Positions 51,408-61,090 of a stretch of 64,000 nt of DNA are shown here, piece by piece. The stretch's first letter is position 1; each line of letters opens with the position of its first letter. Origin of the DNA: Candidatus Sysuiplasma jiujiangense (lineage in GTDB: Archaea > Thermoplasmatota > Thermoplasmata > Sysuiplasmatales > Sysuiplasmataceae); contig JAHEAD010000003.1 in assembly GCA_019721075.1 (NCBI GenBank), positions 1 to 64,000 of the forward strand, read 5' to 3'. The position numbers were made by a program, and so were the translations under genes. The notes beneath the pieces were generated by a model that was not told the origin of the DNA, made no database searches, and saw nothing but the letters and a program-made list of their open reading frames with translations.

Positions 51408-51434
51408 GCAAATCCCAATTATGAAGCACAAACC

Positions 51435-51510
51435 CAGATTCGAACCTTAATGCGTATATCCGGGAGCCGCACACATTCAAAGATCGCAGAAAATTCGAAC
51501 TTGGAGTGAA
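51435..51510 (+). repeat. att-like junction A (arm plus tRNA-Gly 3' fragment)
   Basis: CAGATTCGAACCTTAATGCGTAT-ATCCGGGAGCCGCAC...ATTCGAACTTGGAGTGAA. Confidence 0.8.
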
Positions 51511-51714
51511 TAGTTGCTCCCGTGAAGTCCTGATACCTGAGATTCTAAGTCGCCATATCTTGGAATGCGAATAACCTGAACGAGACGCTCCAATCACTGG
51601 TATGGCGTGAAATGCAGAGTCCGTTCCAGGCGCTGCAATCCACAACGAGTGTCGGATAAATTACCATTATACCAGCAGAAAGATTAAATGGCATTATGGT
51701 ATATACATAGATCA

Positions 51715-51981
51715 ATGGAAGAAATAGCCGGCATAGACAGGGCGGGTAGGATAGTAATACCGAAGGAAATCCGAAAGGCGGCCGGAATCGACGAAGGTGC
51801 GAAGATTCTTATCACGATCTCTGGAGGCGGTCGCATAATACTCCAGAAATTGGATGTGAAATCAATAGCTGCGCGCCTTGAAAAAGAACTGGAAGGCAAA
51901 GACATCGATGAAATAACCAGCCGTATCAGGAAGGACGTAAATGCGCTTATCAGAAAGGCCTATCCGGTCCTTTCTCCTTGA
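51715..51981 (+). CDS. AbrB/MazE-type antitoxin
   Basis: IDRAGRIVIPKEIRKAAGI. Confidence 0.9.
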   Translation: MEEIAGIDRAGRIVIPKEIRKAAGIDEGAKILITISGGGRIILQKLDVKSIAARLEKELEGKDIDEITSRIRKDVNALIRKAYPVLSP

Positions 51982-52414
51982 TACAAACGTCTTTGTAGCT
52001 GCTGTGAGGCATCCAAGCAGGGAAACAGGCACACTTCGCTTCCTACTGGAAGTTATACAGAATGACAATTTGTCACTTGTTGGAAACGAATTTTGGGTAG
52101 AGGAGATGCTGCGTTATGCAGAGGAATTTCATTCCGAAACAGCAGCCTTGCTTGTTGAAGCACTACTCGGCAGGGCGCGTATGATACAGGTTGGAAACAA
52201 CTTCGTTTCCATATGTACCAAATATATGCCTGCAAACGATCCGGCAGACATTCTTCATGCAGCTACTTGCCTTCAGGAACGTGCAATCCTCATCACCAAT
52301 GACAAACACTCCAATCGGATAAGTGATGAGCACATCATCGAGGTCTGGAGCATAACCAAGGCCATCAGGTCCGGCATTGTAACGGCCAAAGCCGTCCATC
52401 ATGCTAAAGACTGA
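51941..52414 (+). CDS. vapC: PIN-domain toxin
   Basis: LLDTNVFVAA...DILHAATC...LITNDKH. Confidence 0.88.
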   Translation: MRLSERPIRSFLLDTNVFVAAVRHPSRETGTLRFLLEVIQNDNLSLVGNEFWVEEMLRYAEEFHSETAALLVEALLGRARMIQVGNNFVSICTKYMPANDPADILHAATCLQERAILITNDKHSNRISDEHIIEVWSITKAIRSGIVTAKAVHHAKD

Positions 52415-52483
52415 AATCGACCGCTTAATGCAAAATGGCGCTGGTCATTTAAACGTGTTCTCTAAGCATGTACCATCCAATCT

Positions 52484-52560
52484 CAGATTCGAACCCTGAT
52501 ATGTATATCCCGGCAGCCGCACATAGTCCACACTGGCCTGAGATTCGAACCTAAAGTGAA
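52484..52560 (+). repeat. att-like junction B
   Basis: CAGATTCGAACCCTGATATGTAT-ATCCCGGCAGCCGCACAT (exact match to the tRNA-Gly end)...ATTCGAACCTAAAGTGAA. Confidence 0.85.
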
Positions 52561-52634
52561 CGGAAAGTCTGGGGCCCCTTTCGCAATGTCTAAAATCAGG
52601 GCTACACACCCTACCAGAGAAATGCGACGCATTT

Positions 52635-53084
52635 TTACGGAGATTCCTTACCGGGTTCTCTCAACCATGGGGTATAAACAAGACCTAGCAGGATGCCTTC
52701 TGGGCTGAGAAATCTGGAGACGATCTGACCGTAAGGCTCCTTGTACGAGTCCAGGAGGAGTGTGTGACCCTTTCTTTTCATTTCTTCAGAGGCCGCTTTC
52801 ACATCTTCTACTTCAAACTCCAGCCACGCCTGCGGTCTGGGGATATCATCCGGCCAAATCTTTCTTCCAAAACAGCCTTCTGCTGCCAATGAAAGTGGCC
52901 ATATGGCAAACCCTTTGCAACCATCAACATTCTGACCGTGCATATACCCCCCCTCATATTCTTTGAATTCTATTTCAAGATCCTCCGAGTATAATTTCCT
53001 GGATAGGGATAAGTCATCAGTTACGGGTCCAAAGCCCGCTATAAACAATATTTTCATTGAGTTTGAAAGCTGGGTCAATGCCAT
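52635..53084 (-). CDS. VOC/glyoxalase family protein
   Basis: FIAGFGP...WLEFEVEDV...EPYGQIVSRFLSPEG. Confidence 0.85.
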   Translation of the reverse strand: MALTQLSNSMKILFIAGFGPVTDDLSLSRKLYSEDLEIEFKEYEGGYMHGQNVDGCKGFAIWPLSLAAEGCFGRKIWPDDIPRPQAWLEFEVEDVKAASEEMKRKGHTLLLDSYKEPYGQIVSRFLSPEGILLGLVYTPWLREPGKESP

Positions 53085-53534
53085 AAGTCTTATTGTAATT
53101 GCAGCATTATAGGCTCAATAGCCTATTTCTTGAACCTATGAGAGATCGAACAGGTAGTCGGAGGACTCCCTCGTCTCTGATATCCCGTTTTTCATGGAGT
53201 AATCTCCTGAGAAGCAGCTTATGCCTTAGCCACTCATTAGCAGTTAGCCGATTGCGATGAGTGGGCTCCAATTCACACGTTTTCCGATGCCAAGTATGTT
53301 TTGTTTCGACACTGCTCGTCTTCTTTAAGGAAGACGAGCTTTATTTGAAGGAAGGAACTTCACACTCAGGTTGAAACAACAGGCGCAATTATCCTGTTTC
53401 CTTATGGAAGAGCATGGTCAGTAGACTTGTAGACTTTTTCACCATTTTTGTCGCCCGTCAACTTCTATGAGCTTACGTGTCAACCTTAGTAAATGAAAAC
53501 ACTAAATATATGAAAAATAATAATTGTTTTTGAT

Positions 53535-53771
53535 ATGTCTAGTAAAAGCAAAATATCCAGGGGATTCCTGACAGTCGTTCCAAAAGAGGTGCGCAGGAAA
53601 GTCGGCCTCAAAGAAGGTGATACAATTGAATGGACTGTCAATGGAGAGTCGATAAGAGTCCTGCCGCACAAGAAAGTGTGCATTGACGACATTATCGCCA
53701 TCGCATCCCATGGCGGGGATGCGGTGGTTTCCAAGAAAGAAATTCAGGCGGGAAAGCGTGATCGTCGCTGA
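53535..53771 (+). CDS. AbrB/MazE-type antitoxin
   Basis: SKISRGFLTVVPKEVRRKVGLKEGD. Confidence 0.9.
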   Translation: MSSKSKISRGFLTVVPKEVRRKVGLKEGDTIEWTVNGESIRVLPHKKVCIDDIIAIASHGGDAVVSKKEIQAGKRDRR

Positions 53772-54144
53772 CTCCTCATATTTCATAGCGCTTGCCGACA
53801 AGAAGGATCAGTGGCATCGTAATGCTGTTGCAGTCAAAAGCCGGATTCCGCAAGAGTTCAAGATTTCGACACTGACTGTATCTGAAGCGGTTACCGCAAT
53901 CGGATACAGAGCCGGAGGAAAAGCAGCAAGGACACTTTATGATTATTTCGCCGACAACTGTTCAGTGGAGACTGTTGACAGACAATTGATGGATCTGGCC
54001 ATGACTGTTCACCTCAGGTTCGACGGAATCCTTTCTGTTGCCGATTCGGTTTCTGCCGCGATAATGACCAGGGATGGATTCAGGCAAATAGTGTCTTTTG
54101 ATAGCGACTTCGACAAGATCAAGGGGATACAACGTATCTACTAG
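53758..54144 (+). CDS. vapC: VapC PIN-domain toxin
   Basis: VADSSYFIAL...LSVADS...SFDSDFD. Confidence 0.9.
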   Translation: MIVADSSYFIALADKKDQWHRNAVAVKSRIPQEFKISTLTVSEAVTAIGYRAGGKAARTLYDYFADNCSVETVDRQLMDLAMTVHLRFDGILSVADSVSAAIMTRDGFRQIVSFDSDFDKIKGIQRIY

Positions 54145-54289
54145 GCAGGCGCGCTCATTACTGCTGACCAACTCAGGAAATTGCCAGCCACAGAGTGTGC
54201 CTTTGTCCCTGCAGGCGGAGCAAGGTGTCCAGGTCTCTCACGATTAGTGGTCGAGAAGTCTGCCGCATTTCCTTAATGATTCCGTGAAG

Positions 54290-54331
54290 GAATCGAACCT
54301 TGATGCGTATATTTCGGCAGCCACACATAGT
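54290..54331 (+). repeat. att-like junction C
   Basis: GAATCGAACCTTGATGCGTAT-ATTTCGGCAGCCACACATAGT. Confidence 0.75.
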
Positions 54332-54436
54332 TCTGGTTCGGATTCACCTGCGATCAGATGGTTTCATGAACGCTGAATGGAAATACACCCTCATGTGATG
54401 AGCGCATCCTACATTTTTCAACCGCCCGGAGTAACC

Positions 54437-54551
54437 AGTAGATGAAAACATTAAACAAATGAGACAATAATTATTATTGATATGTCTGGCAAAAGCAAAA
54501 TATCCAGGGGATTCCTGACAATCGTTCCGGGAGAGGTGCCCAGGAAAGTCG
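54437..54551 (+). pseudogene. Truncated duplicate of the AbrB antitoxin promoter and 5' end (copy of 53488-53604)
   Basis: MSGKSKISRGFLTIVPGEVPRKV, then homology ends. Confidence 0.8.
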
Positions 54552-54842
54552 ATCGGAAAAGCTTAATCAATACCTCCGGAATATCCGCTTGCTGTGACAC
54601 GAAATAAAAGGTGCGAACTCTGCGGGAACGAGTTTGTGTGCGGCGGCCTGTCAGGATGCTGGTGCAGAAACATCAGCATATCCGCACAGAGGAGACAGAT
54701 TCTTTCCTCAATAGCAGAGGATTGTGTCTGCCGGAATTGCATTTCGGATAAAAAATGATCCGGCCAGAACAAATAACAGTGACGGGAGTCCCGTTACTGC
54801 AAACGCGGAAATCCGTAATGCCGAAGAACGGATGCACATACA

Positions 54843-55628
54843 ATGACCTCAAATACCTACCCGACTGGAAATCACTCAAGAGCCGCGTCTAAATTCGTCG
54901 AGCTCTTCAGCAGTGAGAAGAGGATCGTTGCCATACTGCTTGTTGGATCCTGCGCGCGGGGATCAGCGAGCCCGGACTCATGTCTGGACATAACAGTCAT
55001 GATGGACGATGAACGGGATGCAGATGTTTTCGCAAAGCATGTAGAGAGCATCTGGAACACCACGGAGGAAAGTTCTGAACTGCAACGGACAGGCAGATTT
55101 TCGAACCTCGACCTCAACTTCACCGATGGGAAATTCAGACCTGGCAAGAGAGGCTGGACTTCAGGACCGGACTCTTTCGAAATTGAAGTGGGCAATACTT
55201 ACGTCTACTCTGTGCCGCTGTTTGACAGGGACGGGGCATTTGAAGAACGAGGAAGGGCATTTCTGCCCTATTACGATGATGAGCTGAGAAAGGAAAGACT
55301 CGCAAATATCGAGAAATATTTCTACAACAACCTTGACCACATACCGCTTTACGTCAGGAGAGGACTGCATTTCCAGAGCCTGGAGAGACTGATCAATGCC
55401 TCCAGGGAATATCTGCAGGCACTCTTTGTTTACAGCAGAATTTATCCAATTTCCTACGACAAATGGATCAGATTCCAGCTCGTGGATATGCTGAAGAGAT
55501 CTGACATTTATTTCGAACTTGTTGAAATGTTCCAGATAAAAAGGATCGAGAGCAACGAGCTCATTGACAAGAGCGCCAGGCTGAGGGACATGGCGGAGAG
55601 AGATCTGGGGTTCTCCGACTTCGGCTGA
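54843..55628 (+). CDS. Nucleotidyltransferase-domain protein
   Basis: LVGSCARG...SCLD with a helical C-terminus. Confidence 0.75.
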   Translation: MTSNTYPTGNHSRAASKFVELFSSEKRIVAILLVGSCARGSASPDSCLDITVMMDDERDADVFAKHVESIWNTTEESSELQRTGRFSNLDLNFTDGKFRPGKRGWTSGPDSFEIEVGNTYVYSVPLFDRDGAFEERGRAFLPYYDDELRKERLANIEKYFYNNLDHIPLYVRRGLHFQSLERLINASREYLQALFVYSRIYPISYDKWIRFQLVDMLKRSDIYFELVEMFQIKRIESNELIDKSARLRDMAERDLGFSDFG

Positions 55629-55684
55629 ACCTGTGAGACTCCTTTTGATACTGCACCCCGCTTTTCATTGCACGGAATCAGATA

Positions 55685-55927
55685 TCAATCAGATATCAGC
55701 CTGGAGCCGGACTCGGTTATGAATACAGTGAAATCGTCAGGTCCGTTTTCTTCGACAAGTATCGCCTCGTTCTCACTGAGCTTGTGAATCCTCTTTGCAA
55801 GGTCTGCGTATGCTATGCCTTTTACAACCTTTCCTAGCTCAAAAAGGAGCTCTTCCTTGTCAATTCCAGCCTTTCCTTTTTTGCTTGCGATCTTGAGGAT
55901 GTCTATGTCAATTGCGCTGAGATTCAC
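55685..55927 (-). CDS. Small winged-helix-like protein
   Basis: IDIDILK...VFITESG. Confidence 0.6.
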   Translation of the reverse strand: MNLSAIDIDILKIASKKGKAGIDKEELLFELGKVVKGIAYADLAKRIHKLSENEAILVEENGPDDFTVFITESGSRLISD

Positions 55928-56027
55928 AGTTTCACCGCAGGAGCATAGTGATTATATCCGTTAAAGTTTATCCCTGCGATTCGCGAAAACACTTTCCGCC
56001 GTAGTCTGGTCGCGGGAGACATATAAG

Positions 56028-57002
56028 TTGGCCGAAAAGAAGTTTGCACTCGGATGCGATGTGGGAGCAACAAAGGTTTCTGTCTCGCTGGGCACGCAGC
56101 CCGGCATCATTGCAGACAGGATGGTTGACAGGACGCACAGAATGGAGTCCCCTGATGAAATGATATCGGAAATATCCGGTATGGCCCACAGGATGATGGA
56201 CAAAAACCAGCTGAACATATCCGACTGCCTGGGGATCTGCTTCGCGTTCGCAGGATTTACTAACAGCGAGGAGGGTGTCATCATAACCTCTCCAAACATC
56301 AAAGGCTGGCGCAGAACACCTGTAAGGTCAATGCTGGAGAAGGAAATGAAGGTGCCTGTAATTGTTGAAAATGACGCGGACGTCGGAGCATACGGGGAAT
56401 TCAGGCATGGAGGAAGCATCAGCAGCGAAGATTTCATGTATATGACGATCAGCACCGGCATAGGCGCGGGAATTATAATCGGAGGCAGGCCGTACCATGG
56501 GCAGAATCATAACGCAGGGGAGATTGGCCATACGACTGTGCTGGCAGACGGCCCCAAATGCAACTGCGGCAAGAACGGATGCCTGGAAACATTTTCTTCG
56601 GGTCTGGGAATAGAGAGGGCTGCAAACGACAGGCTGCAGACGGAGAGAACATCTCTGAGGAGCAGGGCGGATGACAACGGAGGGAGGGTCGACGCCAGGA
56701 TTGTGTTTGAGGAGGCAAGGAAAGGAGATCTGCTTTCCCTTGAAATTGTTGATACCGCGTGCAGGTATCTGGGGATGTCGATATCCACCGCAGTCATGCT
56801 TCTCAGCCTTTCGAGTGTTGTCATCGGCGGAGGACTGTCAAACGAGGGAGAATTTCTTCGTGAAAGAGTCGAGCATCACATGAGGAAGAACATTCCCGCG
56901 GGGCCAAACGAAAATGCAAGACTCCTCGTTTCAAAGAAACCGCTTGATGTTGTCGATCTTGGCGCACTTCAGATGGTTTTCGACGCTTTCGCGGGCCGGT
57001 AA
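56028..57002 (+). CDS. ROK family sugar kinase
   Basis: DVGATK, VENDAD, GEIGH and CNCGKNGCLE. Confidence 0.93.
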   Translation: MAEKKFALGCDVGATKVSVSLGTQPGIIADRMVDRTHRMESPDEMISEISGMAHRMMDKNQLNISDCLGICFAFAGFTNSEEGVIITSPNIKGWRRTPVRSMLEKEMKVPVIVENDADVGAYGEFRHGGSISSEDFMYMTISTGIGAGIIIGGRPYHGQNHNAGEIGHTTVLADGPKCNCGKNGCLETFSSGLGIERAANDRLQTERTSLRSRADDNGGRVDARIVFEEARKGDLLSLEIVDTACRYLGMSISTAVMLLSLSSVVIGGGLSNEGEFLRERVEHHMRKNIPAGPNENARLLVSKKPLDVVDLGALQMVFDAFAGR

Positions 57003-57087
57003 CTTCATTTCGCCATGTAAAACCGGAAACCTAGGTTTAAAAAGTGACATGGGATACTATATGACAGGCAGGCAGGTGGCATTTCCA

Positions 57088-57402
57088 ATGAACCCAGAAA
57101 AGAATCTGTTGACGAGCAAGATGGAAGTTGAGATAGATCTGTTGAAGAGGCATGTTGCCGTTCTGAAGGCAATTATCGGCAGCCAGCCGATAGGTATCCT
57201 CAAATTATCGGAGCAGCTCAGCTATCCGCAGCACAAGGTAAGATATTCGCTTCGAATCCTTGAACAGGAAGGGCTTATAGTTCCGTCGCCGAATGGAGCG
57301 GTGACCACATCGGAGATAAGGCCGTTCCTGGAGCATCTCAAAGGTGTCCTCATGGAGATGAGCGAAACAGTCAACCAGCTGAAACTGGCAGTCGGCGAAT
57401 GA
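57088..57402 (+). CDS. Conserved archaeal HTH protein
   Basis: PIGILKLS...HKVRYSLRILE. Confidence 0.75.
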   Translation: MNPEKNLLTSKMEVEIDLLKRHVAVLKAIIGSQPIGILKLSEQLSYPQHKVRYSLRILEQEGLIVPSPNGAVTTSEIRPFLEHLKGVLMEMSETVNQLKLAVGE

Positions 57403-57457
57403 CCTCGGACCCTTCAAAAAGACTTAATACCATTCGGCTTTTGGACGATGTGTGACT

Positions 57458-57545
57458 GCCGTTGTAGCTCAGCTGGCAGAGCGTGTGGCTGTTAATTGAT
57501 GCAGCTACCATAAGGTCGACGGTTCAAATCCGTCCAACGGCGCCA
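57458..57545 (+). tRNA. tRNA-Asn(GUU) with a 12-nt canonical intron (57495-57506) and encoded CCA
   Basis: Acceptor GCCGTTG/CAACGGC; CTGT pairs with intron GCAG; GGTTCAAATCC. Confidence 0.92.
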
Positions 57546-59588
57546 CTAAATAGCATCCATCTCTCTTTCCAGTATCGCCAGTTCCTGTCTTCCGAGCGTT
57601 TCCCTGCCAACCGAGACGAGAAGAAGCGAATTTCTTTCAGACATCTCATCCATCATCCTTCTTATCAGCCGGACGGTTCCTTCAAAGTTTGTATTGCTGA
57701 TGACGTACTGCAGATCGTCGATGTTGACAATGACCTGGACACCTGCCCTGGAATATTCCTCCAGAAAACTCTTTATTTCGTACTCTATTTTCTCAAGTGA
57801 CGGAACGAGTGTTGTCTCCTTTTCGCTTTCCCTGTCAGTCAGCCAGACAACCCTGGCATTTGCCAGCCCCGGATATTTGTTCCTCAGCCTGGACGGGTTC
57901 ATCCGCGTTATGTCGAGCGCCGCCCAGTTTTCAGACAGCTTTTCCTGGACCAGCAGGTGGCATAGGTCCGGCCGATCCTCCTCAATCAGGTATCCATGAC
58001 CGGATTTGAGCTCAACATGCTCCCTGTTTTCCTTCTTCTGCTCCTGTGAACCGTGAACTATCCTTTTTGCAATTTCGACGGAAGGGGGAAGTTTCATAAG
58101 AACACTGTACGCTACAATCCTGTTCAGGGCGCCTGTAAGTTCCCTGATATTTTCTTCAAAGGACTCGGCTATGAATTTAACAACGGCAGCGGGCACTGAA
58201 TAGTTCTCCTGCTTGATCTTCATGTCAAGTATTCTCTCCCGCATTTCAAAGTCAGGCCTGCGTATGTCCACGATAAGACCCGACTCGAGCCTGGAAGCAA
58301 TCTGTCCGTCGAGACCTTTGATCTCCTTTGGCAGCCTGTCCGATGCGCAGACAACATGCTTGCCCTCCTTCAGCATTGAGCTCATCACGGCAAGGAATTC
58401 GGCCTGTGCCTCCTCCTTTCCCGCCAGAAACTGAATATCGTCGAGAAGAAACAGATCAAGGTTACTGTATCTCTTGACTGCAGAATCGCGGCCGCCGGAT
58501 CTACGGCTTTCGGCAACCTCGTCACAGAATCTTTCTGCTCCTGTATAGAACACGTGGGCGCCCCGATTCTGTGAAACAAATCTGTTGCCAATGGCGTTGA
58601 GCAGGTGAGTCTTTCCCAGACCGGATGCGGAATAGACATACAGAGGGTTGTAGTTTTCCTCCTCCCCGTTGGCTATTGAAAGAGATGCGGCATACGGGAA
58701 TTTGTTCCCTGCTCCGACAACATAGTTTGAAAACTGCATTGACGGATTCAGACCGCTATGGACGGCATTCCTGGTGGAGTAGCCGCATGAACTGCAGATG
58801 CCTCCGGACATCCTGCTGTTGCAACTCGGGCAAAGGTTTGAACCGTTGACCGTCTTTTCAGCTCCGAATACAAGTGAGTAGACGCCGTCGTAATCTCCCT
58901 GAACCTCTGAATAATTGCCGCCAGATCCTGACTGCTTTTTTGCCCTGCGCCTGTCGTCTTCTGCAGGCCCTTTTCCGATCTGCTCCACTTTCATTGAAGA
59001 AGTAATCGCACCGTCGATGCGTTTGTCTGGCTTTTGCCGGATGGCGCCGGAAACATCCTCTCCGGCATCGGCCGCTTCGGTCCCGCTCCAGGAATAGGTC
59101 GTTTCGCCTTCATTGCCTGATGCCTCCCGTCCGATTGTTCCGGCACCCCTGGCGATCGACTCTTTCGGAGAAACCACGGTCCTGTCTGCCGCCCTGTCTT
59201 TCAATTTTTTAAATTTTTTTTGCCTTTCCGTATGCTCCGGCACGGATGGCTCAACGGCGGGTCCGGCCTCCTGGCCGGGAATGTAATATACCCTGAGCTT
59301 GCTCATTTTATTAAGCGCCTCATGCCAGACATTTTTCAGTGCCTCTCTTCCCTGCTTTGCCTCAACTGTCCCTTCGGGAAGCGATTTCTTGTAAAGTGCC
59401 TCTGAAACGGAACCGTTTTTGAAGGATATGTAGCCGCGGATTTTCTCCCTGCCTTCTGAGCGTTCGAGTATAATGACTGCTGAATGCCTGCCTTTCTTGA
59501 GTTCATCGGACAGTGTCTTCATGCTGTCTGCTCCGCCTGAAACCGTCCTGATGGCATTCGTTCTTGAGCGATCGCTATCCAGTTGCAT
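57546..59588 (-). CDS. DnaA/Hda-like AAA+ protein with zinc ribbon and DUF835-like C-terminal domain
   Basis: FSNYVVGAGN, YNPLY..GLGKTHLL, DDIQFLAGK, SRLESGL and NIRELTGAL; C-terminal VWLT...LQYVISNTNF. Confidence 0.85.
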   Translation of the reverse strand: MQLDSDRSRTNAIRTVSGGADSMKTLSDELKKGRHSAVIILERSEGREKIRGYISFKNGSVSEALYKKSLPEGTVEAKQGREALKNVWHEALNKMSKLRVYYIPGQEAGPAVEPSVPEHTERQKKFKKLKDRAADRTVVSPKESIARGAGTIGREASGNEGETTYSWSGTEAADAGEDVSGAIRQKPDKRIDGAITSSMKVEQIGKGPAEDDRRRAKKQSGSGGNYSEVQGDYDGVYSLVFGAEKTVNGSNLCPSCNSRMSGGICSSCGYSTRNAVHSGLNPSMQFSNYVVGAGNKFPYAASLSIANGEEENYNPLYVYSASGLGKTHLLNAIGNRFVSQNRGAHVFYTGAERFCDEVAESRRSGGRDSAVKRYSNLDLFLLDDIQFLAGKEEAQAEFLAVMSSMLKEGKHVVCASDRLPKEIKGLDGQIASRLESGLIVDIRRPDFEMRERILDMKIKQENYSVPAAVVKFIAESFEENIRELTGALNRIVAYSVLMKLPPSVEIAKRIVHGSQEQKKENREHVELKSGHGYLIEEDRPDLCHLLVQEKLSENWAALDITRMNPSRLRNKYPGLANARVVWLTDRESEKETTLVPSLEKIEYEIKSFLEEYSRAGVQVIVNIDDLQYVISNTNFEGTVRLIRRMMDEMSERNSLLLVSVGRETLGRQELAILEREMDAI

Positions 59589-59654
59589 GAAATTTCATGA
59601 TCTGAAACTTGTCGTCATTAAAAACATCATTCTTTTGAATTTGAGATGTGATAA

Positions 59655-60929
59655 TCAGACATAGCCCATTTTGCTAATCTCTGAACGTGCCAGCAGCAGA
59701 AAGGCAGCAAGCAGCGCAAGCGCAAAACCGAATATTTCGGCACCGGCGGCAAGACCCGAATAGAGAATAAGTATGCCTAGTGCGAGGTTCCCGCCTCCCC
59801 TTCCCATTCCGCGGAGAAGGTATGCGTTGCCCTTCACCCTTGCCATATGGTCGTGATCGACAGTGGACTGAATATATGAGTTATAACCGTTGTAAAAAAT
59901 CGGATCGAAAGAGCCTACCAGGAACCATATCATGTCAGTAAGCACAATACTGTGCACTGTCACCGGGCTGAGCGCTATCAGAAAGCCTTCGACAAAAGTG
60001 GTCAGCAGCATTACGCGGCCAATTCTCGGTGTAGGATTCAGCTTGCCAAAAATGAAATTGCCGGCAAAACCGCCCGCAAGGAGCAGTGCATTGAGTATTC
60101 CGTACTCGGTCACATCGTCATGCAGATAGGTGAACGATATGACCGTTATCAGGAGAATCGGTGCGACAGAGAAAAATCCCTGCAATCCCGAGACGAAGAA
60201 GAGCTCTCTGAGATCCTTTCTTGCGCCATGCATAACATATCTCCATCCCTCGATCAGGCTGGAAGAGAGGGCACCGGCAGAGAGGGAGCGTTTTTCCGTA
60301 TGCGGGACATTGACTGTCCTCATAATCGCAGCCGAAGCCAGAAAAGTAATCGCATAAATTGTTGAAACACCCTGGACACCCACAATCGCGATGACAATGC
60401 CCGCAAGCGCGTTGATGAATATTGTTGAGCCGCCACCAAACGCCTGCATCAGCGAGTTTGCCTGGAGCAACTTCTGCCTCTTCAGAATCAGCGGGAGCAT
60501 CGCTGATTGCGCAAGCCAGGGAAAATCCCAGAGAAATGCCATAAGGAATGCAATAAGCAGAATGAGCGGGACTGTCACAGCCCTGAAAATTATCAGTACG
60601 GTTACGATGACTGCAATGCCGGCCTGTATCGGAAATACCTTCGTGATAAACAGCTTTTTGTTTGATGTGCTGTCTATGAGCGGCCCGACCACGGCGGTAA
60701 GCGAATATGTTGAAAATTCAACAAACAGGACACCGCCTGTGACTGCGGCAGAATGACTCGTCGTTATGACAAGCCATGTAATTGCCAGCTCGAACATGCC
60801 GTATCCCAGATCGGCCGAAAGGGTGGATGCCCAGAATCTGAGGAAGTTTCGGTCCTGGAACAGTGCAGAATAATTTCCGCGACTCATCCTTCCGCCAATC
60901 CGGGATCCGGAATAATATGCCTTTGTCAT
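59655..60929 (-). CDS. MFS transporter
   Basis: RNFLRFW and about 12 hydrophobic segments. Confidence 0.88.
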   Translation of the reverse strand: MTKAYYSGSRIGGRMSRGNYSALFQDRNFLRFWASTLSADLGYGMFELAITWLVITTSHSAAVTGGVLFVEFSTYSLTAVVGPLIDSTSNKKLFITKVFPIQAGIAVIVTVLIIFRAVTVPLILLIAFLMAFLWDFPWLAQSAMLPLILKRQKLLQANSLMQAFGGGSTIFINALAGIVIAIVGVQGVSTIYAITFLASAAIMRTVNVPHTEKRSLSAGALSSSLIEGWRYVMHGARKDLRELFFVSGLQGFFSVAPILLITVISFTYLHDDVTEYGILNALLLAGGFAGNFIFGKLNPTPRIGRVMLLTTFVEGFLIALSPVTVHSIVLTDMIWFLVGSFDPIFYNGYNSYIQSTVDHDHMARVKGNAYLLRGMGRGGGNLALGILILYSGLAAGAEIFGFALALLAAFLLLARSEISKMGYV

Positions 60930-61016
60930 CGTAAAACGGCGGAAAGATTGAAATTCAATGCTGCCTGAAAGGCAGCGAACATAAAAAATACTTTCAAATC
61001 TTAGTCCGGGCCGGAA

Positions 61017-61090
61017 GCCACTGTAGCTCAGATGGCTAGAGCGACGGTTTCGTAAACCGTAGGTCGGGGGTTCAAATCCCTCCAGTGGCT
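61017..61090 (+). tRNA. tRNA-Thr(CGU)
   Basis: Acceptor GCCACTG/CAGTGGC; ACGGT-TTCGTAA-ACCGT. Confidence 0.97.

Noticed and set aside
53090..53480. Extra junction between the VOC gene and the third TA pair; 10-bp hairpin near 53314-53339
   Set aside because: No tRNA-Gly fragment found, and the hairpin has no supporting context
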